Source of the DNA: Puccinia triticina | Lineage: Eukaryota | DNA: 64,000 nucleotides | Reading direction: 5' to 3' | Assembly (NCBI GenBank): GCA_026914245.1 | Contig: CP110439.1 | Coordinates: forward strand, 1,116,001 to 1,180,000 | Shown: positions 11,422 to 23,381 of the stretch, one piece after another | Layout: each line of letters begins with the position of its first letter | How positions within the stretch are numbered: the stretch's first letter is position 1 | Program-made: the position numbers and the translations under genes | The notes under the pieces: generated by a model | Database searches by the model: none | Told to the model about the DNA's origin: nothing | The model's input: only the letters and a program-made list of their open reading frames with translations

Positions 11422-13461
11422 CTAAAAATCCTCCGCAGGAGGCTCTGCACAGTGCTGCGGTGCCCCTTCGCCCACCTCCGTCACCAAATCTCCGCTTTGA
11501 GGCTGGCAGATGATCATCTCGTACTGCTTCCCGTGAGTCCCTTCCACCCCCATCACTTCCTCTTGCCTTGCGGGACAGAAACGCAGTTGCGCTCGGAAAG
11601 CAAACAGTGCTGGTCGACCAAGGATGATCTTGTGAGACCTAGTTACCAAGAACAATAACTTCTTGACCACTTTCGCCACCTCCACGGTCTCCACCTCCGC
11701 TATCCCGTCCACTTCACAAGTAAACCCGCCCATTGTGCGAATTTTTATGTGAGTCTTCTGCAACACCAAGTTAGCCTCCGACGCCAAATCCGCTGGGAGA
11801 ATGTTGATCATGGACCCTGTGTTGATCATAGCCCATTTCGTAACGTTTCCTACCCTCATACTCACGTATCCCAGTGGACAGGATACGGCCGTAGATGGTA
11901 GAACGGGAATTGAATCCAGCAAGTGTCCAAACTCCGCACACTTAACCTCCGCAGTTTCCGCGTTAGTGGTGACAGCCGTCGCCGCTGGCTTCCTTTCACC
12001 TGACGCCTCCTTCAACACGCTGATCATCTCGTCCGCCATCACCGGGGAGATTGCCGCCAGCTCCCTCAAGGTAAGGGCTACCGTGGTTTCCGCGCCCATT
12101 GCTCGCCGTGCAACTTCTGCCGCCTTTTTCTTATTGCCCCCCGCCATCGGAGCTACCAGAAGCTGCTTGACCGGCTCCGGTCTGGCTCTAGGAGCGGGAA
12201 CGGGATCCAAATCCATCTTCTCCAAACGCTCCCCTAAGAAGACTTCCCCTGTTTGCACGCACTTCACACTGCTGGCCACTGCCGGCGGCTTCCACACCAT
12301 GCCCTTGACCATCCCAATATTCACTTTCCCTTCCACCTCTTTTCCCTTCGCCAAAGTTTGCCCGGCCCGCACCACATCCCTAGGAACCGGTCCATCCACT
12401 GGCGTACAATCCGGCCAAAAGAAAGCGCGTCCCCACGTGGAAACTTTTCCCGCAGCCCGGTCCGTTTCGAAGTACTCGCACTGATTCCGCATATGGCCAG
12501 TTTCCTTGCAGTAGTCACACACCGGAGGTCCTCGCCTCCACAGCGGCATCCCGCCAGCCTGCGGAGCACCATCCGTTTGAGGAGCGGCGGGAGCGGCTGC
12601 TGGTGGCACGACCGTCTGTTGTTCCTTTGGTTGCTTGTGCGCCGCTCTCTGCATAAACAGCTTCAATTCTTTCAGCGTATCCGCCAGGTCACTCACGTCC
12701 TTGACCGTAACCGGCACCTGCGGAGCCGGTTCCGCCCTCGCAACTGCATCTCCTTGGCTGTCGTTCATGAGCTCCAACACTTTGAGTTCCGCCTTGACAG
12801 CGGAGCGCAGCTCCTTCATGCTGGGCAGCAGTTTTGGCCCACCTAGTCGTGGTTTGACCATCAGTCCTTGCTTGTTAAGTCCCCAAAGCACCTTCTCAGT
12901 GAAAGTCCGGTCGAATCCCTTCAAGAAAATCCACTTTGTCGTACCCATATCGGCCGTCACGATCTCATTCTGCTCCAGATACCGCAGAACCTGGTCAAAA
13001 CTGGTAATGTAGGACACATACTCCGCTCTCGTCCGCACACCGCCCTTTTCCGCACGCTCCAAAGCCACTTTCTCCAAGTCACTCTCCCGATACCTGGGTC
13101 CGTGATCTTCCCACCTTTCAAGTATCTCCTCCTTGAGCTTTGTCCAATCCTTACTCTCGAACCCCTTCATGTCCTCCACTTCCCGCAAGTCCTTGCCTTC
13201 CGGAAAGAAGTTGACCACCTGGTACGCTTTATCCGCATCCGTCAGACCTTCTTGCAGAGCCGCTCTTTCGAACCGGTCAATAAAACGCTCCACCTCCGCC
13301 TCTGAAAACTTAAGGTGCGGATAATCCCTGCGCCATATCTTCGCTCCGCTCGGCGCAGGAGCTGCAGGTTGTTGTCCACCTAGCGCTTCTTCCATGGTCT
13401 CGTCTTCTATCTCTTCTGGTCGAACTCCGTAAGTTCCGCTCGTCGTTCCTCCCGCTGACAC
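11422..13461 (-). CDS. gag: Gag-protease polyprotein (679 aa)
   Basis: Zinc knuckle CDYCKETGHMRNQC. Aspartic-protease-like AMINTGS (catalytic D replaced by N) and IILGRP. Confidence 0.88.
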   Translation of the reverse strand: MSAGGTTSGTYGVRPEEIEDETMEEALGGQQPAAPAPSGAKIWRRDYPHLKFSEAEVERFIDRFERAALQEGLTDADKAYQVVNFFPEGKDLREVEDMKGFESKDWTKLKEEILERWEDHGPRYRESDLEKVALERAEKGGVRTRAEYVSYITSFDQVLRYLEQNEIVTADMGTTKWIFLKGFDRTFTEKVLWGLNKQGLMVKPRLGGPKLLPSMKELRSAVKAELKVLELMNDSQGDAVARAEPAPQVPVTVKDVSDLADTLKELKLFMQRAAHKQPKEQQTVVPPAAAPAAPQTDGAPQAGGMPLWRRGPPVCDYCKETGHMRNQCEYFETDRAAGKVSTWGRAFFWPDCTPVDGPVPRDVVRAGQTLAKGKEVEGKVNIGMVKGMVWKPPAVASSVKCVQTGEVFLGERLEKMDLDPVPAPRARPEPVKQLLVAPMAGGNKKKAAEVARRAMGAETTVALTLRELAAISPVMADEMISVLKEASGERKPAATAVTTNAETAEVKCAEFGHLLDSIPVLPSTAVSCPLGYVSMRVGNVTKWAMINTGSMINILPADLASEANLVLQKTHIKIRTMGGFTCEVDGIAEVETVEVAKVVKKLLFLVTRSHKIILGRPALFAFRAQLRFCPARQEEVMGVEGTHGKQYEMIICQPQSGDLVTEVGEGAPQHCAEPPAEDF

Positions 13462-13793
13462 CGCTGGTCAATTGTTCAGGGTGCTCCGCTGATACAGCTG
13501 TCGCCTCCTCGCCGCGATTGACTGATTAGGTGAAAACTGGCTCCGCACCAACGAAAAAGATGTCTGTCCTAGTCTTGGTCCTCCCGCTAAGCCCAACCAC
13601 AATTGTGTTTCGGCAGGTCTTGAAGAAGAGCCTTCTCCGTTTTCCGCAATTACTGTGTCTCCGCTGTCCGAGCCGCCTGATCCGATCTGAGCTTCTTCAT
13701 CGCCTGGAGTAAAGAATTCGCCTTCCAAAGGGTTCATTCAACGTTTCCGCGCAAGTCTAGTTCCCGAGTATCCGATAACAACACAAAGTTGGG

Positions 13794-13811
13794 TTCCCGG
13801 CCAGACCCCCA
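13794..13811 (-). promoter_or_regulatory. Primer-binding site, tRNA-Pro-like
   Basis: TGGGGGTCTGGCCGGGAA lies 2 nt after the 5' LTR and resembles the tRNA-Pro PBS type (TGGGGGCTCGTCCGGGAT). Confidence 0.6.
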
Positions 13812-15132
13812 CTTGTGAGAATGAAAGCTGGTTGGCTGGTGAAGAATGTCCGCTAACCGCCTCCTTCAAGAATATTGATGTCCGGGCTGTGTGATTGTCG
13901 GTAACTCGGCTCCGCACTGCTACTTTCCGCTAGCCTTCAGCGCTCCTCTACTGAGCCTGATCTATAGCGTAATAATCCGCAAGTGAATAAAGCTCCACAA
14001 TAATTCGCAAGCACAATAATCCGCAAGTAACTCTCGAATAAGGATAAGAACACAGATAATCTCTCAATAACTCTTGTACGTCCGTAGTTGTAAGTACAAA
14101 TGATGATGAGTGTAATCCGTAATACGTTAGATAAAAGATCATAATTCCCCCCTTTCTCAAAAAGAGAGCCGAAAAACCCTTTCCGTCCTCCCCTCCACAC
14201 ACATCGCCGTTCCCACCCAATCCCGCACGTCTGACACTTTCCCGCACTAGTCCGCCTACTCCGCCCGCTATCCCTCTTGTCACTTTCCCAGACTCCGCTC
14301 CTCTCCGACGCTTGCCCTCCCACCGTCCTCTGTCTAGCCCCCGTCAGTTGTTCTCTTGCCACTGCCTTCACCCCGGTTCCACCCGCTGATGGAACCCGCT
14401 CGAGCTGTCATGGCTCACCCGCTGACGCGCCGCTGCTACCAGTCCACGTGTGTAGTCCCGCCGCAGTCCAGCCCTGTCTTTTTCCGCTCCGATCCAAATA
14501 CCCAATCCGCAATCCGCAATCCGTGCATTCCAATCCGCGCATGACTTTCCGTAAGCTTTCCTAGCGTGCTTTCCTGACCTCATCCTCAGTGCTTATGTCA
14601 CAGGAATGCACCATGCCTGAGCGGCTTTGTGCATTCCCCGCCCGCACTATCCCCGCGTGGACATTCTACCGCGCTCGCCTATATAAATCACCACACCGGG
14701 TTCTACATCAGTTCCATGCGGGCAGGTGCTTACGAGGTACGGTTTGTGAAGCTCTGACGGCTAAATTTCTGATCCGGCACATCACTCCCACCCATTGACC
14801 GCTACTGCGACATGCACCCACCGTAACAATCATTCCTTTACACTCTACCTTTCCAATTGACCTCATTTGTCCAATCACCCCAACCCAACCGCCAAGGATA
14901 ACACACCGTTGCAAAACAAGGGCCGCTAACACATGTAGACAATCAGCCAACACCAGTCCCAATCTTCATGGCTACTCTCAATGGCCCGCACCCCAAACCT
15001 CACGTTCTCCTTTCACACCTGCTCTGAATTACTCCCTACCCCCTTCTATGCACCTTCGCCGCACCAATTACCAGCCTTTCTCTCGCCGTTATGTCCCTCA
15101 CCCTCTCTTTCTTCTCAATATAGGGGGGAGAC

Positions 15133-15472
15133 TGTAAAACCCCCGCGCCGCGAGCGCCACGGGTTTCACAAAACCTTACACAAGAACCAACTTCGACCCC
15201 ATATAGCACTGTCGCCTCCGCCCTCCTAGCTCAGCAGAGATCCCCGACAAACTGACTATCTCTCCTGAGCTAGGTAAGCCACTATTCCTTCTTCTCTTTT
15301 CCTTTCCTTCTCTTCTTTGATGTTGTACCTAGACACAGAGAGATCCCCAACCAACTGACTATCTCTCCTGAGCTAGATGAAATAAAGACCCCATTGGCAT
15401 CAGAAACATTGAGACCGTTGTCTCTCTGTGTGCCATTGCCCTAGCCCCAGTGAAGAGCCCCCAGCTCTTACA
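15133..15472 (+). repeat. 3' LTR of the gag-only element (340 bp)
   Basis: TGTAAA...TTACA after the PPT. Internal 49-bp direct repeat separated by a GTAAGC-initiated pyrimidine-rich segment. Same layout and size as the LTRs of 45876-49033. Confidence 0.85.
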
Positions 15473-16740
15473 GGCAGGTACCCGGACGGGTACCCGCTAA
15501 TTTTTTCCTGGCAAAATTGTCTGCAGCTGCAGAAAAGTCTGGCCACTGCGGCACAAGGTCTTGGGGTTTGCGGCCCAAGTCACAAGCTCACAAACTCTGA
15601 GACAGGCAGGTGTACCGGCTAATTTTTTCCTGGCAAAACACAACACCCGCACCCGCACCGGCCAAGCGGATACCCGCCCACGGGTGTTGGATACCTGTGG
15701 CCATCTCTATATGGATATCCCTTGAAACCGTCCTTCTGGATGGTAAATGAGCAACAACAACTGGATGGAGGATGACCCAATGGCTATCATCAGCAAGCGC
15801 CAAAAAGGGCCTTGTGGCCTTGGCACACCAGGTTGCACACAATTTTGAAACCTAAATAAGAACAAAAGATAAACATTAGGTCTACAGCTTGTTGTCAAAA
15901 ATTAGAAGACTTACTTCTTTGGGATTGATATCCCCCGTCCCCTTGATTCCAACACTTGCAAGCAACCGGGTGGTTGTTTTTTTGTTTTGTTTCCAAAGAC
16001 AGTTTGCAGCATGCTTGATCAAGTTGCTGCAAGAAGAGTCGCCGGTGGGGCGGTTGATCTTGGTTCCACATTTGGAGTCAGATTTGAGGGATTATCAGGG
16101 AGGAGTTGGGATCTCAGCAAGTAGTCAGTCAACAAAAAAAACTACTTACATTTTGCATGGATATGCAATCATTTGGCGGCCATGCTTGTCTACTTGATTA
16201 GATAGCTCTGGTGTTGAGTAAGATTTATAGCTTGCGCTGATGGTGTTTGCAGCAATCTTCTGGGCCTTTTCTGAAATTCAAGGAAGTGAAAGGTAGGGTC
16301 AGAACACAATTTCTTGATTGATAAAATAATATATCATGATTACTAACCTAGCTCCTCCCAATTGGTCAGTGTAGTTCCTGATGGAGGCTCTGCGGTAGCC
16401 GATTTGCTTTCATTGGGCTTGGTGTCTTTTGGAGTAGATTGAGGATTTGGAGAGGAAGCAACAGACGATTCAAGTGAGGTGTTTGGTTTTTTTTGCTTGC
16501 GGCCTGACATGGTGGTTGGTTCCGGGTGAGATGCTGGATATGCAGATATCATGGCGGGCTTTGATATGAAGTAGTAGTACACGCGGGCACAGCGCCGCCA
16601 CCCCCACCCCCTCCGGGGGCGGGGTTGGCGGGTTTGAATGGAGGGTACCCGGGTACGTACCCGTCAGGCACACGTACCCGGACCCGGACACGCCAGGCGG
16701 TCCCAAACGGGTGTGGGCGGGTACCCGTTTGCCATCTTTA
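15473..16740 (-). mobile_element. hAT transposon fragments (terminus, BED finger and N-terminal transposase)
   Basis: Termini TAAAGATGGCAAACGGGTACCCG (at 16740) and TAGAGATGGCC (at about 15709). Peptides CGTKINRPTGDSSCSNLIKHAANC and WCAKATRPF...PSRRTVSRDI. GGTACCCG subterminal repeats. Confidence 0.75.
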
Positions 16741-17274
16741 GCCTCAGGCAAAGAGTGGGACTTTAGTCCTAACCTCTCCTTCAGAGACGCTTCGTGCCTT
16801 CTTGGAGAGGCTTAGCTAAGCTCGCTGAAGAATACGGCCGCGCAGTCGTGGCACCACAGCCTTGTTGAATTAGCCCTGCGGTGTTGCGGCTGTGGTTGTT
16901 TGTCCTTGTGTTTCTGTTTGAGGTGCCCTTACAAGGCATCCTCTCTCTTGCAGAGGTTTTTTCCCTCAGTTCCTTTTCATATTCCGGCCATTTGCCAGTT
17001 TCCTCTTGTCTTGTGCGTGTGTCTATTCCGCTGAGCCTCTGCATCCCGAAGGGCCCCGCTTCAGATCCAGAAATATCCGCCCATATCCGCAGGTTTTGGA
17101 ACCTCGGGTTTCAGATATCTGGCTTGATCCGCGGTCCCTCAACAGATATCCCGGACTTTTTGCCGGATATCCCACGCGGGATACTGGCTAAGGTTGAAGT
17201 GACGGGTGTTCGGAATGGTTTGAGATACAGGGGTTCAACTGCTCCCAGAAAATATGTATGTACACTTCCCGATG

Positions 17275-17853
17275 CTAAAGGACGACGATGGGTTGAGGTC
17301 TTTTAGAGAATATTAGCTTTCGTTCGATAACATCCACAATGTCAAATCTGTTGGTCGTCTCTTTGGTTCCACCCGCTGAATTCTGCGCTTCATCGATCCC
17401 TGGGTATTTAATCTGAACTAGTTGTTGTCTGCGCATGACGACCAATGGTTTTGCAAGCTTGATACATTTGCCTTCAAGCTCATGATTCCCGATTCGTAAC
17501 ATCGGCTTTTCCTGGATATCCAATGTACGGGGTATGTTTGGAGTTGGTTGCGTGGTTTTGCAGAAACAGGATCAAAAGGTTGATAAGTATCATGTGCACT
17601 TCATCCCCATTTCTTTTCTCTCAGCAGGTGGATTTGCTAGGAAACTTACCAAATTCGACAGGTCTATCAGACCGATTTCGGCGCCTTCTAGTGCTGTCTG
17701 GGGATCGTCCGCCTCGACATCTTTTGACGAGGATTCAAGCCCTCCCTGCAATTCAACGATGATTGTTTCGGATCGTACTAAGCCATGCGAGTTCTTCGCC
17801 AGGGAAATCGTTGATGAGTGCTGCTTGCGGGTGACTGTGACCGGTATCTTCAT
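17275..17853 (-). CDS. CTF8: Chromosome transmission fidelity protein 8 (Ctf18-RFC subunit), 2 exons: 17853-17650 and 17511-17275
   Basis: IIVELQG, IG.ID, LRIGNHELEGKCIKLAKPLVVM and IERKLIFSKRPQPI match the Ctf8 family. A phase-0 GTAAGT...CAG intron gives 146 aa. Confidence 0.85.
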
Positions 17854-18550
17854 ATTTTTTGTTTACATATTTATGTACAGGTCATCCGATACTCAACCGA
17901 TGCAACGCGTGGGCACCTGTCACAGGTGCATGCTGTTGGATTTCCCGCGCGGAATATCCTGTAGCGGTCACGTGATATCCGGTAAATACCCGGAATATCT
18001 GGTCGGATTCTCGGATTGGGCTCCCCACTCTCACGCCCATCGGGCCCTTTTTTTTAAGTGAATTTTGGCCTATGGCATTCCACACTATGAAACTAAGTAA
18101 CATCTTTGTGAAAGTGACAAGACACAAACAATCTTCAAACACAACTACGTGAGACCGCTAGTGAGATGAAAAAATTAGGGTTGAGAGATTGATGTTTAAA
18201 CAAGATTTAAGAGACACAAGACATAAAAGAAAAGGAAAAAGAAAAGTCACAAAGACTTAAGAATTCCAGTGATCAGAGAATCAATTGGTTTCAAGCAGGA
18301 ATTGGGCCACTGCGTCTTCCGCTTTCCGATTCTTGAGGACTAAGTCGAGCCGGTCAGCTTTGAAGTGAAGTTTTGATCTTCGTAGTCGTTGCTGCAATTC
18401 TGTCCAATGCTTTCTTGTGTGTTGACAAAAGTTCATGAAGTGAAGGACTGTCTCCCTAGCCCCGCAATTGGGACATAGAGGATCAAAAATTCTGTTAATA
18501 CAAAATAAAAATCCTTTCAGCGCGCTATGACCCAATGCAAGTTGATTTAT

Positions 18551-21500
18551 TGGGAGTTACTGGCGCGCAGCAGAAGGGGCTAAGGTCCATGTTAGGCGCC
18601 CCTCCCACTCCACAGCTAGATGGACGCTCATACAAGCCCATGAAGCCGGACACCTAGCTGAACCGCAACCCACGATACGCGCACGTACGACAAAGCAGAG
18701 TTACGCGGGACGAACTCGGACCGAGTACCGCGGAGAAACCAGCAAGCGGACTGGAGGACCAACCACAGCAACGCACAAGGGCGCTCCAAGGTCCTCCAGG
18801 GTAGACAGGTGAGTATTTATGCCACTGGTACACTCAGCGGCTGCCACCACACCAGTCTCACTCAGTCCTTCATTCTCGACTCAGAGCGCGTATTGCTCAT
18901 TGTCAGTTTCCTTTTTTTTTGTTTTCTAGTTTTCCATCCGAAGTCAACCGCAGTCCTTTTGAAACCCTACAACTCCACTATCTCATTCCTTTTACCCCCT
19001 CAGAAACTCGACTTCAACACCTATCTTCTTTCTGACACCCGCTAAAGCTTCAGACCCAACCTCATCCCTGTCCTCGATCCACCGTCCACAATCATCCACC
19101 GAACCATTTCCGAATCTCTCTCCAAGGATTCAGTCCCCAGAGCTTCAGGAGACAAGTGCTCAGACCTCCTTACCCTTGCCGGAGGGACGGCGAATCCAAC
19201 AACTGCAGTCATACCCCAGCCCCTGTCCACCAGTGATGACTTACCTCTCACGTCTGCCGGTGAGGCTTCGCAGCCGCGACTCGCCCTACATTTGATCTCC
19301 TCAATCTTCCGCGATGTCGGGTCCAGAACGTGCATTTCCAAGCCTTCTGCCCACAATGAGTTGTAGCCCCTGCCTTGTTAGGAGTACATGCACCCTTGAA
19401 CAGTATGCCCGAGGAGGCTTATCAGCCCGCAATGATTTACCTCTTGTGTTTAGTGTTGAAGAGCCACAGGCTGCTACCCAGACCACCACAGCAAATCCGA
19501 TCCCACAGTGTAAGTTTTTGCCGGTATTATCCTCAATCTGGGTAGATTCGCAATCTTAAATATGACTTACATCTATGTACATTTGCCAGCCGATGGAGCT
19601 TGGGTCAAGCTGTCCAATATTACAAGCATATAATTTATTGCTTCCGCAGATGCGTAGAAAGCCTGAATCAATCAGATTTGAAAATTGCAAAGTGCATTTT
19701 TACAGGAGCCCAGACAGTCGTTCCCCATTGGGAAGATCCCAATAATGTGAACCCTAAAATCATGAAGAAATTTGACTTGGATGTTGCCTCCAGCATGATT
19801 TATGCATTGTCCATCTCTGTTCGGAACCATTCTCTGCTGATGATACGCAGGTTTGGCAGGTCAAGAGCAGACAAAGTCGCTGTGATAGAGGGGTAGAAGT
19901 AGATTCAGAAACCGCTCATCACTGTTGAGGTCGGTCTGTTAGCTGAGATTCAACTCCTCACACAACCACACGTGCGGGCTGTCAAGATAAGACCAATCAA
20001 GGTTGAAGCAAAAGCACCAGATGCGTTAACGGGGGGTGGAAGGTCATACAAGACCTCCTGATATCCCAGGACATTGACTTGATGGCACGGACGGTTACTT
20101 CGGCTAACAACCGCGCAGACGGATTGTCGCGTGGAGACCGCGCAGGCTTGCAGGCAAGACACCAGATCCGGGTGGCGGTTCCTTTAGATTTGTCCCCCTT
20201 CTTAACAGAGGTTGCGTAGGCACGACGCCACTCTTGTATTTAAGCATTGGGTTTGCAGGCCTCTACCATGCATCCTTCCTACTACCCATTGTATCTACCT
20301 CCCTCTCAGAAATAACTATCTACCCAATCATCTCTGTACTCCTCTCGGCGACTAGGAATCATGCCTGCCCAATACCACCTCCCGCGCATCGTGGCTTTTC
20401 TTTCTGTTGGGACGAGTGCAAAAACCCCCTCGGCCTTGGACTTGCACACCCTTTTTGGGTGGAGATGGAACACACTGCTCCTGTACAACGCCGGTTGTTG
20501 AAATACATATAATTTTTGCGCGACTCCGCGTACCAATTATACGCAGCAAAGCCAATTTTCACTCGCATCCGGAAAAGTACCGGTCGTAACCCTAACCTAA
20601 TTGATCTGTCCCCCACCGTCAAAACCAAGCTCAAGCGAACAACCAGACTGGTCTCTTCTTCACGCGTTTACAATATCAAAGTGAAGAAGAGACTAGTAAG
20701 CAACCCCCTTTCTCATCATATCCCGAAAAACTCATCATCAAGACAACACAACTGAAAACATCTTCTATCTACCTTATTCCTTCTTCCCTCTCTATATCAA
20801 ACACAATCACAGACTAAAAACTCTTGCGCGTCCTTCACCATAAAAAAACCAAAAACCAAAAACAATCCTGCGTTATCGCAGGTAGGCCTTTCCCATTTAT
20901 CAACCTCACTGTTCTTAACTTATTTTCTAATCAATGTTTCTTATTATCTTTTATTTCTCAATTATTCTATTTTTGTTAGGTGTGTTATTGCTGGGAGTCT
21001 GAATCACTGTTGTCGTTGTTGCTTACCAATACAAAACTGCTGTCACCATAGGTTCGCTTATCTTTTCTTACATTATTATTGTTGTTATCATTGAAATAAA
21101 ATTCACGCGTTTACAATATCAAAGTGAAGAAGAGACTAACTAAAAACTCTTGCGCGTCCTTCACCATAAAAAACCAAAAACCAAAAACAATCCTGCGTTA
21201 TCGCAGGTGTGTTATTGCTGGGAGTCTGAATCACTGTCGTCGTTGTTGCTTACCGATACAAAACTGCTGTCACCATAGGTGTGTTATTGCTGGGAGTCTG
21301 AATCACTGTCGTCGTTGTTGCTTACCGATACAAAACTGCTGTCACCATAGGTTCTCTCTCTGGATTATACTAAAAATTACACCGGTGTGAAAAAGTGCAT
21401 CCGCTTTAAGCGGGAAACTTCCTCCGCCCAATCATTGTTACCCGCCTCACCACACGACATCTATTTCCTCTGTGGTGGGCAGGCCGAGCAGTTGGGGAAC

Positions 21501-22609
21501 AAGCACCAAGGGAGGTGACAGCGCGGACCATCTCACAATACCTCTTTGGCCTGAAGGCCTGGCACATATACCACGACATGCGGTACCCATACGAGTCAGC
21601 CGCAAAAGTAGTCGTGATAATCCGGTCCTCAGCCTGGCTAGATGCCGCCTCAACCGCCCAAACACCCAAGACGGCGATACAAATTCACCACCTACTCTAC
21701 CTGGCAAGTCGCTCGAGGGGGAGCTCCCCTTTCAACTCGGCACTTTTGGACCTGGCAGTAGTGGCATTCTGGGGGATGGCCCGGCTAGCCAAGCTAACCT
21801 ACACTGTAAGCAAAGGGCACCCCCCCAAGGCTGCTGCCCTCTTAGCACGGGACGCTATGCTCCACACATCACCGGTGTCCAACCTCCCGACCTGCGTGAC
21901 CCTTAGCTATTCAGCTACTCCAACGGTTCAAGCCGCCTCAACTTGACTCGCCCCGCCATGGTGCAGGCCTTCCAAGCCCTCTTGCAAGCCGGAGGTTTCC
22001 ACGGCCTCTCAGGCCACTCGTTTAGGGTTGGGGGCGCATCTCTCCGCCACGCTCTAGGAGTCCCTGTACCCCAGATCTGCCGACTAGGCAGATGGACGTC
22101 TAGCGGCTACGAGTTGTATATCCGACACTACTCTCCGGCGGAGAAGGCCTCCGCCTTATCCATCTTAACCAACTCTCTCCTTTAGTAATTTGTGTGTGGT
22201 CGAATTCATCCTGTCTCCTTTACCCATAAGGAATCATTTCGTTTAGTCACCTTCTTAGAGTAATGGGCCTACCTAATGTCTCAGGCTCTCAGAAGCCGAG
22301 GTTTGGGGCTTACATTAGGCCCTCCTCAAAGAAGCCTTCGGCTAAGCGCTCAAGCTGTCTCGCGGAGGACTGGCCACTCGCCGCCTGACGCGCAATGTGC
22401 GCGCAGACGCGCTGGGCAGAAAGCTATGGTAATCCCACGCCTTGCCCAGCCTCGAGGGGCCGCCTCACGCAGTTGACCCACACATTGGGCGGCCTGGAGC
22501 CGCTCACAGCAATGTGACACTTGGGTCGCCCTAGGAGGTCAAGCATAGGGAACCCCCCATGGCTTGACGCTCCGAACAATGTACAGCTAAAGGCGCCGCT
22601 CTCATGGAT
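18551..22609 (+). mobile_element. Tyrosine-recombinase (DIRS/Ngaro-like) retroelement remnant inserted in the LINE
   Basis: YR peptides GWRWNTLLLYNAG|VKK, ISQYLFGLKAWH, VAFWGMARL and GHSFRVGGAS...LGRWTS..Y..Y. LINE frame resumes on both sides, with at most a 2-bp AT overlap. No RT recognised. Confidence 0.75.
20496..21381 (+). mobile_element. Solo LTR (Copia-like TGTTG start) with unspliced and spliced copies of its leader exons
   Basis: TG...CA ends. 5-bp TSD CCGGT at 20491-20495 and 21382-21386. It interrupts the YR reading frame. Confidence 0.9.
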
Positions 22610-23381
22610 CAACGAGCTAAAAGCAATAGGTAATTTTGAAGGGATGGCTTTTGTTGGAGAGGGGACTGCCAACATCAGTCGCTGGACCTTCTTAAAATTG
22701 CTTCCAACACTAAGGGATGGCGAGGAGGGGGACTCCAGCGCTTCCTTAGCCAAATGATCCGCTAATTCATTGCCCGCAATGTCTCTGTGGCCTGGGCACC
22801 AAAAAAATGATATTTTCAATCCTTCAGGGAACTCGGAGAGAGCATGATCAATTTGCATAAACAGGTCTTGTCCCGGTCTGGGCGCCGCTGGATCCTTGGT
22901 CCTGATGATGACGCCTTGATTGTTGACAAAGATCAAAAGGTTTTGGTGTCTCAAAGCCACAAAAAGTTTCTTGGCCAGCCCAAGAGCCACCAAGATCCCC
23001 TCTGTCTCACTCTTGTGGTTTGAGACAAGTTGCCTTACTCCCTAGTGAGTATGTGCTAAAGCTATTGGCCTCAATGCAGACTGCCGCTCCCGCCCCTCCT
23101 TTCTCTGGGTGAAACAACCCATCACTGAAAACCAACGATGTCCCCGGATGCAAAGCAAGAGACAAAACTAAAGACTTAACAGAGGATATTGCCTTGTCTT
23201 TTGACAACCCAAGATTCAAGTATTCCAGCCCCCTTGATGGGGTTCTCCCGAACTCGAAAGAGAGAGAGATGGTCTCTGGATCCTTGGCCATTGCCTGATC
23301 CACCAAGTCCGCTGCCAAGCCATTTCACACCGAATCAGCAAATCTAGCCGTGGAATTGGCCCTGCTTGATAGGATGAACGT

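Larger units (their letters stand above)
2985..14695 (-). mobile_element. Full-length Ty3/Gypsy LTR retrotransposon (family A)
   Basis: LTRs 2985-3852 and 13814-14695 (TG...CA). 4-bp TSD CCGG at 2981-2984 and 14696-14699. Minus-strand gag-PR, RT, RH, IN order. PBS next to the right-hand LTR. Confidence 0.95.
1400..15472 (+). mobile_element. 5'-truncated gag-only LTR retrotransposon, split by the Gypsy insertion at 2985-14695
   Basis: Gag-like frames at 1631-2984 are homologous to ORF 46162-48399. The sequence resumes at 14696 (RVLHQFHAGR vs RVLHEFHAGR). PPT ataggggggagac precedes the 3' LTR at 15133-15472. No 5' LTR found, so the left boundary is approximate. Confidence 0.8.
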
